From contig JAGNLV010000001.1 of NCBI GenBank assembly GCA_017999435.1, forward strand, positions 1,022,746-1,086,745: 64,000 bases of DNA. The letters run 5' to 3'. This stretch comes from Candidatus Zixiibacteriota bacterium. GTDB lineage: Bacteria; Zixibacteria; MSB-5A5; GN15; FEB-12. The notes under the pieces are model-generated. The model made no database searches. It was not told where the DNA came from and saw only the letters and a program-made list of their open reading frames with translations. Numbering within the stretch: the stretch's first letter is position 1; every line of letters starts with the position of its first letter. The position numbers and the translations under genes are program-made. Positions 18,107-26,303 of this stretch are shown here, in pieces.

Positions 18107-19621
18107 CTACGGCGTCGGCCGGCCGGCCGCACCGGACTTTTCCGCCGGCGCCTCGGTCCGGGTGGTCCCTCCCCGGTGCATCGACCAGATCAAGAGGGGC
18201 GGCGTCACCAGGGTCGTCACGATGACCATGATCACGACCGCAGCGTAAGTTTCGCTCGACACGACCGCGTGCCCGTCGAGCATGAGCGTGAGCCCGATCC
18301 CGGCGAAGATCAGTCCGACCTCGCCGCGCGGGATCATTCCCAGTCCGATCGCGAGCCGGTTGGTGCGGCGGTCGAAAATGGCCAGCGAGCAAGCCTGTTT
18401 ACCGACAATCGCGGCCAGCGTGAGCATCGCGGCAAACCCTAGAATCTCGACCCGGCCGAAGGCCGTGAGATCCACCATCATGCCCATGCGCACGAAGAAG
18501 ATCGGCACGAGGAAGGTCGCGATCGGCTCGATCAGCTCGCGGAGCGAGTGTTCCCCGCGCTCGGTGAAGCGGCGAAAATGCACTTCTTCAAGGATCAGCC
18601 CCGCCGCGAACGCCCCCACGATCGGTGCGAGGCCCGCCTTTCCCGCCGCGTACGACAGCGCGAACAGGACCAGGAGCGACACCGACAGCAGCATGCCGTG
18701 CCCGCGCAGGCGGAAAGCGACCCGGAAAACGCTCGGCAGGATGTAGTTTCCTATGACGATGGCCCCGGCGATGAACAGCACCGCCTTGCCGAGTATCCAC
18801 AGAATCCCCAGCGAGGTAATCCCTTCGCCGCCGCCGTGGGCCACGGCCGCGATCACGCCCGTCACCACCGCGAGGATCACCAGCCCCATGACGTCGTCGA
18901 TCACCGCCGCCCCGAGAATGATCTTCGCCTCCCGGGTGTGCACTTTGCCCACGTCTTTGAGCACCCGGGCCGTGATCCCCACCGAGGTCGCGGTCAGCGT
19001 CGCCCCTATGAAAATGTGGACATAGATCGACTCCTCCGGAATGAACCACGCCGCCACTCCCCAGCCGAGGAAAAACGGCGCGATCACCCCGAACGTCGCC
19101 ACCAAAAACGACGCCACTCCCACCTGCATCATCTCTCGCACGGTCGACTCCAGCCCCACCTCGAACAGGAGCACCATCACCCCGATTTCGGCGAGCACCT
19201 GGAAAATCATGTTGAGGTTCGGGTCGTGCAGGTAGGGTTGAAAGGCGACGATCCCGATCAGGTGGGCGTTGCCGACCAGCATCCCGAGCACCAGCTCGCC
19301 GAGCACCGCCGGCGCCTTGATCCGCTCGAACAGGTCCCCGCCCAGCTTGGCCGCCAGAATGATGATGATCAGTTCCAAAAGCACCGAGAGGACTTCGCTC
19401 GCATGCCCGCTTCCGGATTGCTCCCCGTGCGCGACCGGTACCCCGGCGGCCGGCCCCGGCGCGGCCGGCTGCTCGGCGCCGGTTGCCGCCTGGGCCGCCG
19501 GGGGATTCTGGTCCCCTTGCGCCCCGGCGGCGCTGCCAAACGCCAGGCTGTACACGATATAGGCGCCGATAATCGCCAGGGTCGCGAAGAAACGTCGAGT
19601 CGTGAGCAGTCGCACGCACAC
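18107..19621 (-). CDS. cation:proton antiporter (CPA1/CPA2, Na+/H+ exchanger family)
   Basis: Polytopic membrane protein: ...LLELIIIILAAKLGGDLFERIKAPAVLGELVLGMLVGN.... GGAGG abuts the GTG at 19621, so the true start may be GTG 19615. Confidence 0.85.
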   Translation of the reverse strand: MCVRLLTTRRFFATLAIIGAYIVYSLAFGSAAGAQGDQNPPAAQAATGAEQPAAPGPAAGVPVAHGEQSGSGHASEVLSVLLELIIIILAAKLGGDLFERIKAPAVLGELVLGMLVGNAHLIGIVAFQPYLHDPNLNMIFQVLAEIGVMVLLFEVGLESTVREMMQVGVASFLVATFGVIAPFFLGWGVAAWFIPEESIYVHIFIGATLTATSVGITARVLKDVGKVHTREAKIILGAAVIDDVMGLVILAVVTGVIAAVAHGGGEGITSLGILWILGKAVLFIAGAIVIGNYILPSVFRVAFRLRGHGMLLSVSLLVLFALSYAAGKAGLAPIVGAFAAGLILEEVHFRRFTERGEHSLRELIEPIATFLVPIFFVRMGMMVDLTAFGRVEILGFAAMLTLAAIVGKQACSLAIFDRRTNRLAIGLGMIPRGEVGLIFAGIGLTLMLDGHAVVSSETYAAVVIMVIVTTLVTPPLLIWSMHRGGTTRTEAPAEKSGAAGRPTP

Positions 19622-19816
19622 CTCCGGAGTCGTTGGCGGCGCGCCGGGTGGTGATCCCGAGGCGCTGCGGGGCAGTCAATTCGGCTGAAACTAGCCAAAA
19701 GCCGGAGGGCGAACAAGCCTTTTTTGGCCCGGCCCGCCCGGCGCCGGAGCCCGCGCTGCGCTCGCGCCCGTAGCGGCCGTTCTGCGCTTACTCAGGGGCA
19801 AAACTATCTTTTGTGC

Positions 19817-19846
19817 TTGACAGCCGCTGTCATCTCATCGTTATTA
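19817..19846 (+). promoter_or_regulatory. candidate sigma-70 promoter
   Basis: TTGACA (19817-19822), 18 nt spacer, TTATTA (19841-19846). It would give a ~240-nt leader before ATG 20091. Confidence 0.3.
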
Positions 19847-20090
19847 GGGTTGGGTACAGGCTGGTCAGGATCACACACCGGTTTAGCCGGACACAAGAGT
19901 TCTCAGAAGTTTGGACATAACAGGCGTGCGGCTTGGTGTTGCCGCGTGATTCACGCGGCGGCCCGGGTTGCCGTCGCTATCGATAATGCACGGTTGATCG
20001 GCAGACCGGCAAGTAGGCGTCGGTCGCGGTTGGTCGAACCAAGGGAGAGAACGCATTCGTTTGACCGAATGCAAAAGCAAGGTGTTGCTC

Positions 20091-20420
20091 ATGAAACGGT
20101 TGATTATCGGAGGAGTGATTGCGGCGATGAGCTTGGCGTTGGGCTCGAGCGCCGCGTGGGCAAGTGCGTGGGACCCGGAGCATCCGCCGGCGTGGATACC
20201 GGTGCAAATGGCATCCGAGCGCCCCAGCGGTGACGAAGGTAGCTGGGTTGACCCGCATAATCGCATCGCAAGTATATCGCCCGTCGGAGATCTGTTTCAG
20301 CGATTGCTGCTGAAAGTCACTGTGTGGTTCATTGTACCAAGTGCGCAACCGTCATCAGAGACAACCATTCCAGATATTGGGCAAAGTACCGGGGGAGTCT
20401 CCCATGTTTCAGGAAGCTGA
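20091..20420 (+). CDS. small secreted protein, unknown function (tentative)
   Basis: MKRLIIGGVIAAMSLALGSSAAWA is a clean signal peptide. The remainder has no recognisable family, the 3' end overlaps the next gene by 17 nt, and there is no strong RBS. Confidence 0.35.
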   Translation: MKRLIIGGVIAAMSLALGSSAAWASAWDPEHPPAWIPVQMASERPSGDEGSWVDPHNRIASISPVGDLFQRLLLKVTVWFIVPSAQPSSETTIPDIGQSTGGVSHVSGS

Positions 20421-22545
20421 AGCGCTCCTGAGCCAGAATCGGTTCACCGAGGTAATCGCGCTGCTCGATCGAGTTCCACCCCAATCTCTCTCGACCGAGG
20501 AACGCGGTTACTGCTGCATCTTGAAGAGCGAGGCCATGCTCTATCTCGGATTGGATCCGGGCGACCTCATCGATCAGGCGTCCGAGGTGTTCCGCATGCA
20601 TGCCGAGGCCGAGAAGTTCGCACGCGCGAAACTGCTCAAGGGCTGGTATCTGACCACCATCGGACGCTATGCCGATTCCCGCGAGGCTCTTTTGGAGGCA
20701 TATGCCAATTATCTCCGGTGTCGGCACAAGCGGGGAGCAGCCAGGGCCCTGAACCGCCTTGCTTTCGTGCACCGCCAGCTGGGCCACTACCGAGCTGCCG
20801 AGGAGAACCTGACTCGCAGTGCTGAAATCTATCGCGAACTCGCCGATGAAATCAGCATGACCGGAGTGCTGACCAACAGAGCCTACTTGTTGATGAGCGG
20901 CGGGAGTCTCCGTTGCGCTGAGACCGAGTACTCGAAGATGCGTGACACGGTCGTCCAAGCCGGAGAAAAGAACGTTGTAGCCCACGGCAACATGTCGGCG
21001 ATGTGTTACGCCCTCTTGGGCGATCTCACCACCGCCCGAAGAACCATCGACGAGGGCAAACCCTACCTCGACACCTACATCCGCGAGAAAGCCATCTACC
21101 ACGAGAACCTCGGCCTCATCGAAATTCTCTCCGGGAATTACGAGGCGGCCGAGCAGTCGCTGCAAACCGGTCTGGACATCTCGCTGCAAATCGCCCCGGA
21201 ATCCGCGCTGGTCTCGCAGATCAAGCGCCTCTTCGCCGACCTCTATATTCAAACGCAGCACTGGACGAAAGCAGAGAAGTTTGCCCGGGAAGCGCTCGCT
21301 GTGGCCGAGCAGATCAACGAGCGCCTCGAAATCGCCGCCTGCTGGCGGGTTTTCGCCCAAGTCGAGAACCACCGGGGTAATCATGACCAGGCCCGCGCCT
21401 GGTTCGACCAAGCCATCGACCTCTTCAACCAGATCGGCTCCCGCTACGAGCTCGCGGTTACGCGCTGTCTCGCCGCCCTCTCGAACCTGTACGACCGGAA
21501 CAAGCGGGTCGCGCTGCTCTACCTCGCGCGGGAGTATTTTGAGTCTGAAGGGGTGGCTCCCTGGCTGACCAGGGTGACGGAGGCTCTGGAGAACGAGGCG
21601 CCGCCGGCGCCGCGGGCCCGGCCGGCCGCAGCGGCGGCCGTCATTGTCGGGGCGGACAAGTCGCTCAGGCAGATTCTCGCGCTCGCCGAACACGCCGCGC
21701 CGACCGACTTCACCGTCTTCCTCACCGGCGAGACGGGCACGGGCAAGGACCTCCTCGCCCGGCACATCCACGCCTGTTCCGGCCGGAAGGGGGAGTTTGT
21801 CGCGGTCAACGCCGCCGCGATTCCCACCGACATGATCGAGGCCGAGTTGTTCGGCCACGTGATGGGGGCGTTCACCGGCGCAGCCGCCGACCGGCGGGGT
21901 CTCTTCGAGCAGGCCGCCCACGGCACATTCTACCTCGATGAGATCGCCGATGCGTCCCCGCTTTTCCAGGCCAAACTGCTGCAGGTGCTGGAATCGAGGC
22001 AGATTCGGCCGCTCGGCCAGAACGGACTCCGTCCGCTCACCTGCCGGTTTGTCGCGGCCACCAACCACGATCTGCACGACCTGCTCAAGAGCAATGCGTT
22101 CCGGCCCGATCTGTTTCACCGCCTCAACCACGTGCCGATCCACCTTCCGCCGCTGCGCGAACGGCTCAGTGACATTCCGCTGCTGGTGGAGCATTTCCTC
22201 AAGGAGGACGGCATTGTGGCGCGGTCTCGGAACGAAACGCTTGCGCTTGAGCGCCTCTGCCGCCTGCTGGCCGCCCGGTCGTGGCCCGGCAACGTCCGCC
22301 AGCTCCGCTCGGTCGTGCTGCGACTGGCGATGATCGGGGGGCGCGATCTGCCCCGCATGGTCGAGGCGGCGCGCGCCGACATCGACCAGCCCTGCGAGGC
22401 GCAGGATGAACTCCTGTACATGCTGCAAACCACCGGCTGGAATCGGCGGGAGACCGCCCGCCGGTTGGGGGTGAGCGAAGCGACTGTCCGCCGCCGCATC
22501 GCCGAATTCGACCTCGCGGTGCAGATTCCTCAGCCGCCGGCCTGA
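20404..22545 (+). CDS. sigma-54-dependent transcriptional activator (bEBP) with a ~400-aa N-terminal TPR-like sensor region
   Basis: ATG 20404 with GGGGGAG upstream. AAA+ core: Walker A in TGETGTGKD, the GAFTGA loop in GHVMGAFTGAAADRRG, then WPGNVRQL. C-terminal Fis-type HTH: ETARRLGVSEATVRRRI. The N-terminus is helical-repeat TPR-like and has no receiver domain. Confidence 0.9.
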   Translation: MFQEAEALLSQNRFTEVIALLDRVPPQSLSTEERGYCCILKSEAMLYLGLDPGDLIDQASEVFRMHAEAEKFARAKLLKGWYLTTIGRYADSREALLEAYANYLRCRHKRGAARALNRLAFVHRQLGHYRAAEENLTRSAEIYRELADEISMTGVLTNRAYLLMSGGSLRCAETEYSKMRDTVVQAGEKNVVAHGNMSAMCYALLGDLTTARRTIDEGKPYLDTYIREKAIYHENLGLIEILSGNYEAAEQSLQTGLDISLQIAPESALVSQIKRLFADLYIQTQHWTKAEKFAREALAVAEQINERLEIAACWRVFAQVENHRGNHDQARAWFDQAIDLFNQIGSRYELAVTRCLAALSNLYDRNKRVALLYLAREYFESEGVAPWLTRVTEALENEAPPAPRARPAAAAAVIVGADKSLRQILALAEHAAPTDFTVFLTGETGTGKDLLARHIHACSGRKGEFVAVNAAAIPTDMIEAELFGHVMGAFTGAAADRRGLFEQAAHGTFYLDEIADASPLFQAKLLQVLESRQIRPLGQNGLRPLTCRFVAATNHDLHDLLKSNAFRPDLFHRLNHVPIHLPPLRERLSDIPLLVEHFLKEDGIVARSRNETLALERLCRLLAARSWPGNVRQLRSVVLRLAMIGGRDLPRMVEAARADIDQPCEAQDELLYMLQTTGWNRRETARRLGVSEATVRRRIAEFDLAVQIPQPPA

Positions 22546-22567
22546 TCCTGTAGATTCGGCTGTCCCC

Positions 22568-22625
22568 GGCCTGCGTCATGAGCGCGGTTCCTGACGCACT
22601 CGTGACGCAGGCCTCGCTTTATTAA
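22568..22625 (+). terminator. possible terminator hairpin after the bEBP gene
   Basis: GGCCTGCGTCA (22568-22578) pairs perfectly with TGACGCAGGCC (22603-22613), followed by TCGCTTTATTAA. The loop is long (24 nt) and contains another TGACGCA. Confidence 0.35.
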
Positions 22626-22684
22626 TGCCTTTAGTTTCAACAGCTTTGCGCGGCCTGCGTCACGCTGCGTCACGCCGTGCGTCA
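22572..22684. promoter_or_regulatory. array of six TGCGTCA/TGACGCA heptamers (candidate regulator or enhancer binding sites)
   Basis: TGCGTCA at 22572, 22656, 22666 and 22678. The complement TGACGCA at 22592 and 22603. Neighbour spacings are 10-12 nt. Confidence 0.45.
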
Positions 22685-22852
22685 CAACGACGTCCCGGCC
22701 CCGGCGCGGCTGCTCGCGCACGCCCTCCGCATTCCTCGCCAACTGCTTCCCCGTCAATGCGATGCTCAGAAAGCTTTCAGGCGTCTCTCTGTTCGGCACG
22801 CGGGTTGATTATAGATCGCATGCAGACGGTTGGGTTGCGGCGGCGGTGACAC

Positions 22853-23000
22853 GAGGCATCTGCCTATCGCCGACCGCAAGCTAGGGAAGTCGCAGGCATG
22901 GTCCTCACACGGGTCGGGCCGGCTGTTCCCGCCGAGCCTACTCAACGCACCGGGAACACCGGCCTTCCCCGGGGGACCGGACACGTGGTGACCGATCAGC
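22853..23000. repeat. 148-nt conserved intergenic element, copy 1
   Basis: 142/148 identical to 27797-27944 in the same orientation, with unrelated flanks. Internal stem 22917-22931 / 22951-22964. Confidence 0.85.
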
Positions 23001-23320
23001 TCCGGCGACATGTCAGAGCGGATCGCGATGCACTTGAAGCGGCATGCGACAGGGCAGTAGCACGAAGAGCGGCTTGACGGACCGCCGGCTGGGCGACGGA
23101 ATGAGCAGCACAATGTCATGGAGAATAGCGGGGATGGCAGTGCCCCGAGGGCGATCTGAGAGTGTTCGCCCATGCCTCTTGTTCCTCTTGTGTCCAATGC
23201 ACTTCCTCCTGGACGGCGGCGGGGAGTTGACGGTTACTCCCCGCTGCCGCCAATGCCGCGGAGAGCGCGTGCCGCCCCGGACGCCGGTCTGACCGGGGAC
23301 ACTGGACGGGAAGAAGCCAA

Positions 23321-23349
23321 TGGACGTCCTGTAGATATAGCAGTATCTT
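23321..23349 (+). promoter_or_regulatory. candidate promoter of paralog P1
   Basis: TGGACG, 17 nt spacer, TATCTT (23344-23349). The AGTATCTTAC block and spacing are conserved upstream of paralog P2. AGGAGGG RBS precedes ATG 23376. Confidence 0.35.
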
Positions 23350-23375
23350 ACGACCACACAGCACAGGAGGGTACT

Positions 23376-24566
23376 ATGAGGTATCGAAGCAGACTCGCTC
23401 TCTTCGGGCTTGGGTGCATGGCGCTGTTATGGGCGACGCTTGCCTTGGCGACGCCACCGGGGGTTTTTTTGCCCTTTGCACTCGATCTCCGCATTGTCTC
23501 CTATGACCAGTCGACCGGCCGCGTCGTCCTGGATGTTGGCATTGCTACCCACGTCCCGTGCCCCGACGGCCTTTCCGCACGGGTCGACAGTTTGGATGGT
23601 CTTGCGTACTTTGGTCCTGATAGCTGGCAGTTGGCCATGGAGCCTGGCGGGGAGACCCTTTTCACGCGCGTGGAGTTCACGATTCCGACCCACGACACGA
23701 GCGGATTTGAACTCATTACTAGTTGTGGTGAGCACGTTTACGACTGGAGCCGCTACTTTGTGACGGCCGGTGATAGCATCGCCATTGTTTGTGGGGATCC
23801 CCGCACCTGGCCCGACCCCGACCCCGCCCCCGATTCCGTCGTTCGCCGACTGGTGTGGGAAGAGATCGAGCGCCAGTTAGCCGAGCAACGCCGCACCTCC
23901 CCGCCGCCTCCCCCGGAAGGATACAGCAGCACTTATATTATCATTTATCCCGGTGACAGCGCGTTGGCCGACAGCCTGACCGATGACGGCAAGCGCCGGC
24001 TGGCCATTATGCGGAGTCGCGAGCGGGAACCCCTTGTTGACAGCGATATGGACACCTGGGAAATCGAGGGCCGCGTCTTCCAACGGGCCAAAGGCGAGCG
24101 ACAGTTCCATCGCATTAAGGGACACACCACCGAGGAGTGGTGCGAGTTAGCGGTACGTATGTGGGACTCATTGGACGCCGCCGACGCCGACAAGCCCTTG
24201 GAGATTTTCGTCGATCTGCGGAAACCGGAGCAAGAGGCCTTCATGCGCTCGTTTGTCGACTCCCTCATTCCTACTGACAGCGCCGGTATCTATCGGACCG
24301 TAATCCTGTACCGCCAGCAGAAGGATTTGGAGGCCCATGGAATCCGCTACCGCAACGCCAGCGCCGGCATGTGGCGACAGCGCAGTCGCCAACCGGTAGG
24401 GAATCCCTCGCCGGAGAGCCGGGAACAGGAGGCGCCCGGTAAGTCCGCTGACAGCGGGCGCTCGTCCATGTTCTACGAGGATTTCGAGTGGGGGTCTTTT
24501 TCGAACACGTGGATCGCGATGGACACCTTGCCTCAAAACGGCCTGGACTACTGGGGAAGCATCTAG
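23376..24566 (+). CDS. secreted protein of unknown family, paralog P1 (ends at an in-frame TAG)
   Basis: ATG 23376 after AGGAGGG. Signal peptide MRYRSRLALFGLGCMALLWATLALA. Paralogous to 25117..26265 along its length. Track ORF 23172.. starts too early. Confidence 0.7.
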   Translation: MRYRSRLALFGLGCMALLWATLALATPPGVFLPFALDLRIVSYDQSTGRVVLDVGIATHVPCPDGLSARVDSLDGLAYFGPDSWQLAMEPGGETLFTRVEFTIPTHDTSGFELITSCGEHVYDWSRYFVTAGDSIAIVCGDPRTWPDPDPAPDSVVRRLVWEEIERQLAEQRRTSPPPPPEGYSSTYIIIYPGDSALADSLTDDGKRRLAIMRSREREPLVDSDMDTWEIEGRVFQRAKGERQFHRIKGHTTEEWCELAVRMWDSLDAADADKPLEIFVDLRKPEQEAFMRSFVDSLIPTDSAGIYRTVILYRQQKDLEAHGIRYRNASAGMWRQRSRQPVGNPSPESREQEAPGKSADSGRSSMFYEDFEWGSFSNTWIAMDTLPQNGLDYWGSI

Positions 24567-24923
24567 GACGATTACACGCCGTTCGGCTCTAAAGACGCCT
24601 GGTGCGCCGCGCAGGGCGACATGCCCGAAGGTATTCACTACGACAACTGGATGGACGCCTTCATGGAAGTGAAGTATCCCGTGAGTACTGAAGACCATAC
24701 TAATACGCAGTTGTGGTTTTGGGTGGATTATGACACCGAGGCAGGTAGGGATTTCCTTCAGGTCCAGTCTCAGTTCGGCGATCTGGTCTGGTATGCGATC
24801 TCGCCTCCCTACAGCGGTTCCCCGGCGACGGAGCGTCTGCTCCCGCCGCCCCCGAACCGCCCCGGCTCCGGGGGAGCGACAAGGCACCGCGAATTGCCCG
24901 ATGCGACACCCCTTGTCCGATAG
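24567..24923 (+). pseudogene. in-frame continuation of P1 beyond the TAG (probable severed C-terminal domain)
   Basis: Same frame as P1 with no gap: ...LDYWGSI*DDYTPFGSKDAWCAAQGDMPEGIHYDNWMDAFMEVKYPVSTEDHTNTQLWFWVDYDTEAGRDFLQVQ.... This is protein-like sequence for 118 further codons. Confidence 0.45.
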
Positions 24924-25065
24924 TCCGAGAGCGAAATCTTCACCGGGATGACAACCGGGAACAGAAGGGGTGAGGGAAAGAGCGGGAAGAGACGAAGCGG
25001 CAGCGCCTGGAGAAACGAGCTGACGTGCGGGAAGGTCAATGCGCACTTAAACGGGAAGACCGCCA

Positions 25066-25094
25066 TAGGCGTCCCTGTATCAGGGTAGTATCTT
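25066..25094 (+). promoter_or_regulatory. candidate promoter of paralog P2
   Basis: TAGGCG, 17 nt spacer, TATCTT (25089-25094). Homologous to the P1 upstream block. Confidence 0.3.
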
Positions 25095-25116
25095 ACATGT
25101 AACACAGGAGGGTACC

Positions 25117-26265
25117 ATGAAGTATCGAAGTGGATTTCTGATTCTCTTCGGGCTTGGGTGCATGGGCCTCGTGGCCAGCCCGGCCGAGGCGTGGAAGGAG
25201 AACTACGTCGGCTACTTTGACTGCTCGACGAAGGTAGTCAATGCAAACCCGGCGACCGGCCAGGTGACGGTAGCCGTGACCCTTACGCCCCTGTCCGGCT
25301 ATGACCGCCGATGCGAAGCGGTTTCCTTTGAGATCACCGACATCGAGGACGTTGAGATTCTCAGTCCCCTGCGATGGGACCTCCCTTTGATCGATTCGAT
25401 CACGCCGCTGGTGGCGATGATCGATCTCCGCGTGCCAACACACGACACCGCTGGTTTTGCGCTGGTGACGACGTGCGGGACATGGAACTACAAGTGGCCC
25501 CAGTTCTTCGGTCCGGCGGGAGACAGCATCCGCTGGTTTTGGTCTGATCCCCGCACCTGGCCACCGCTGGGCGCGCCCGCCCCCGATTCGGTCCGGGCCC
25601 GGCTCGCCCAGGAGCGGTCGGAGCGGTACCTCGAGTGGCTCCGCCAGCAGCCCCCGCCGCCTCCCCCGCAAGGATACAGCAGCACTTATATTATCATTTA
25701 TCCCGGTGACAGCGCGTTGGCCGACAGCCTCACCGAGCAAGGCAAAAGCCAACTCGCCGGTATGCGCAAGAGAGAGCAGAGCCCCTTAGTCGACGCCGAC
25801 TGCGAGCCGTGGTCAGTCGACGACCGGCACTTCATCCGCCACCGCGGCGAATCCCGCTTCCGTCCCGTGGAGACGTTCACCCTCGACCAGGCGCGGGAAC
25901 GCGCCCAGCGCAAGCGGGACTCTCTGGAAGTGGCTCAAGCGCACATCACCTACGAGGTGCTCGTCGACCTGCGCAACCCGGCGGACTCGCTCTGGGTGGC
26001 CGCCCACGTTGATTCCCTCATCCCGACCGACTCCACCGGCTTCTACCGGATCAAGATCAATAAACGGACGTGGCGTCAGATGGGAGAGGCGGGCGTCCCC
26101 TGGTGGGAGACTTCGACGCGGAAACCGCCGGTACCCCGCTCTCACCCTGAGCCCCCAAAACCGCCCCGCTCCGAGCGGGACGCTACCCTTCCGCTCCACC
26201 TCGCGGACGGTCGCTCGCTTCTGTTCTTTGAAGGGTTTGAGGGGGCATGGCCCGGCGCGTGCTAA
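25117..26265 (+). CDS. secreted protein of unknown family, paralog P2
   Basis: AGGAGGG RBS. Signal peptide MKYRSGFLILFGLGCMGLVASPAEA. Shares PTHDT(S/A)GF, DPRTWP, PPPPP(E/Q)GYSSTYIIIYPGDSALADSLT and VDSLIPTDS blocks with P1. It ends just after FEGFEGAWPG, where P1 continues. Confidence 0.75.
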   Translation: MKYRSGFLILFGLGCMGLVASPAEAWKENYVGYFDCSTKVVNANPATGQVTVAVTLTPLSGYDRRCEAVSFEITDIEDVEILSPLRWDLPLIDSITPLVAMIDLRVPTHDTAGFALVTTCGTWNYKWPQFFGPAGDSIRWFWSDPRTWPPLGAPAPDSVRARLAQERSERYLEWLRQQPPPPPPQGYSSTYIIIYPGDSALADSLTEQGKSQLAGMRKREQSPLVDADCEPWSVDDRHFIRHRGESRFRPVETFTLDQARERAQRKRDSLEVAQAHITYEVLVDLRNPADSLWVAAHVDSLIPTDSTGFYRIKINKRTWRQMGEAGVPWWETSTRKPPVPRSHPEPPKPPRSERDATLPLHLADGRSLLFFEGFEGAWPGAC

Positions 26266-26303
26266 CATAGAGCTACAATCACACGAATCAAAGGAGGAGC
26301 GCG

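Noticed and set aside
22625-22849. 74-aa ORF in the intergenic region after the bEBP gene, and the 9-codon ORF with a good RBS at 27419-27448.
   Set aside because: The first is an Arg/Ala/Ser-rich featureless product overlapping the heptamer array. The second is too short to evaluate. Neither is supported.
22853-23000. Interpreting the 148-nt repeat as a group II intron fragment, a MITE, or a Mn2+ (yybP-ykoY-like) riboswitch on the minus strand.
   Set aside because: The minus strand contains GTGCG and GAGTAG...GAGGACC strings, but the required domain structure and spacing are absent. No downstream gene exists in that orientation. There are no terminal inverted repeats and no RT or transposase in the window. 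It is left unclassified.
23304-23317. Sigma-54 -24/-12 matches upstream of P1 (TGGACG-N-AAGCC, 23303-23318) and P2 (GG-N10-GC at 25029-25042).
   Set aside because: Only the bare GG/GC dinucleotides match, which is frequent by chance in GC-rich DNA, and the two sites are not homologous to each other. The block conserved between the two upstream regions fits a sigma-70 -10 box (TATCTT) instead.
24564-24566. The idea that TAG is reassigned or read as a sense codon (two in-frame TAGs: here and at 7954-7956).
   Set aside because: TAG clearly terminates several well-defined genes in this window. These include the OMP ending ...VVRF at 1612-1614, the beta-propeller gene, the SPT-like gene, the GNAT-like gene and nuoL. 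Nonsense mutation or decay is the simpler explanation.
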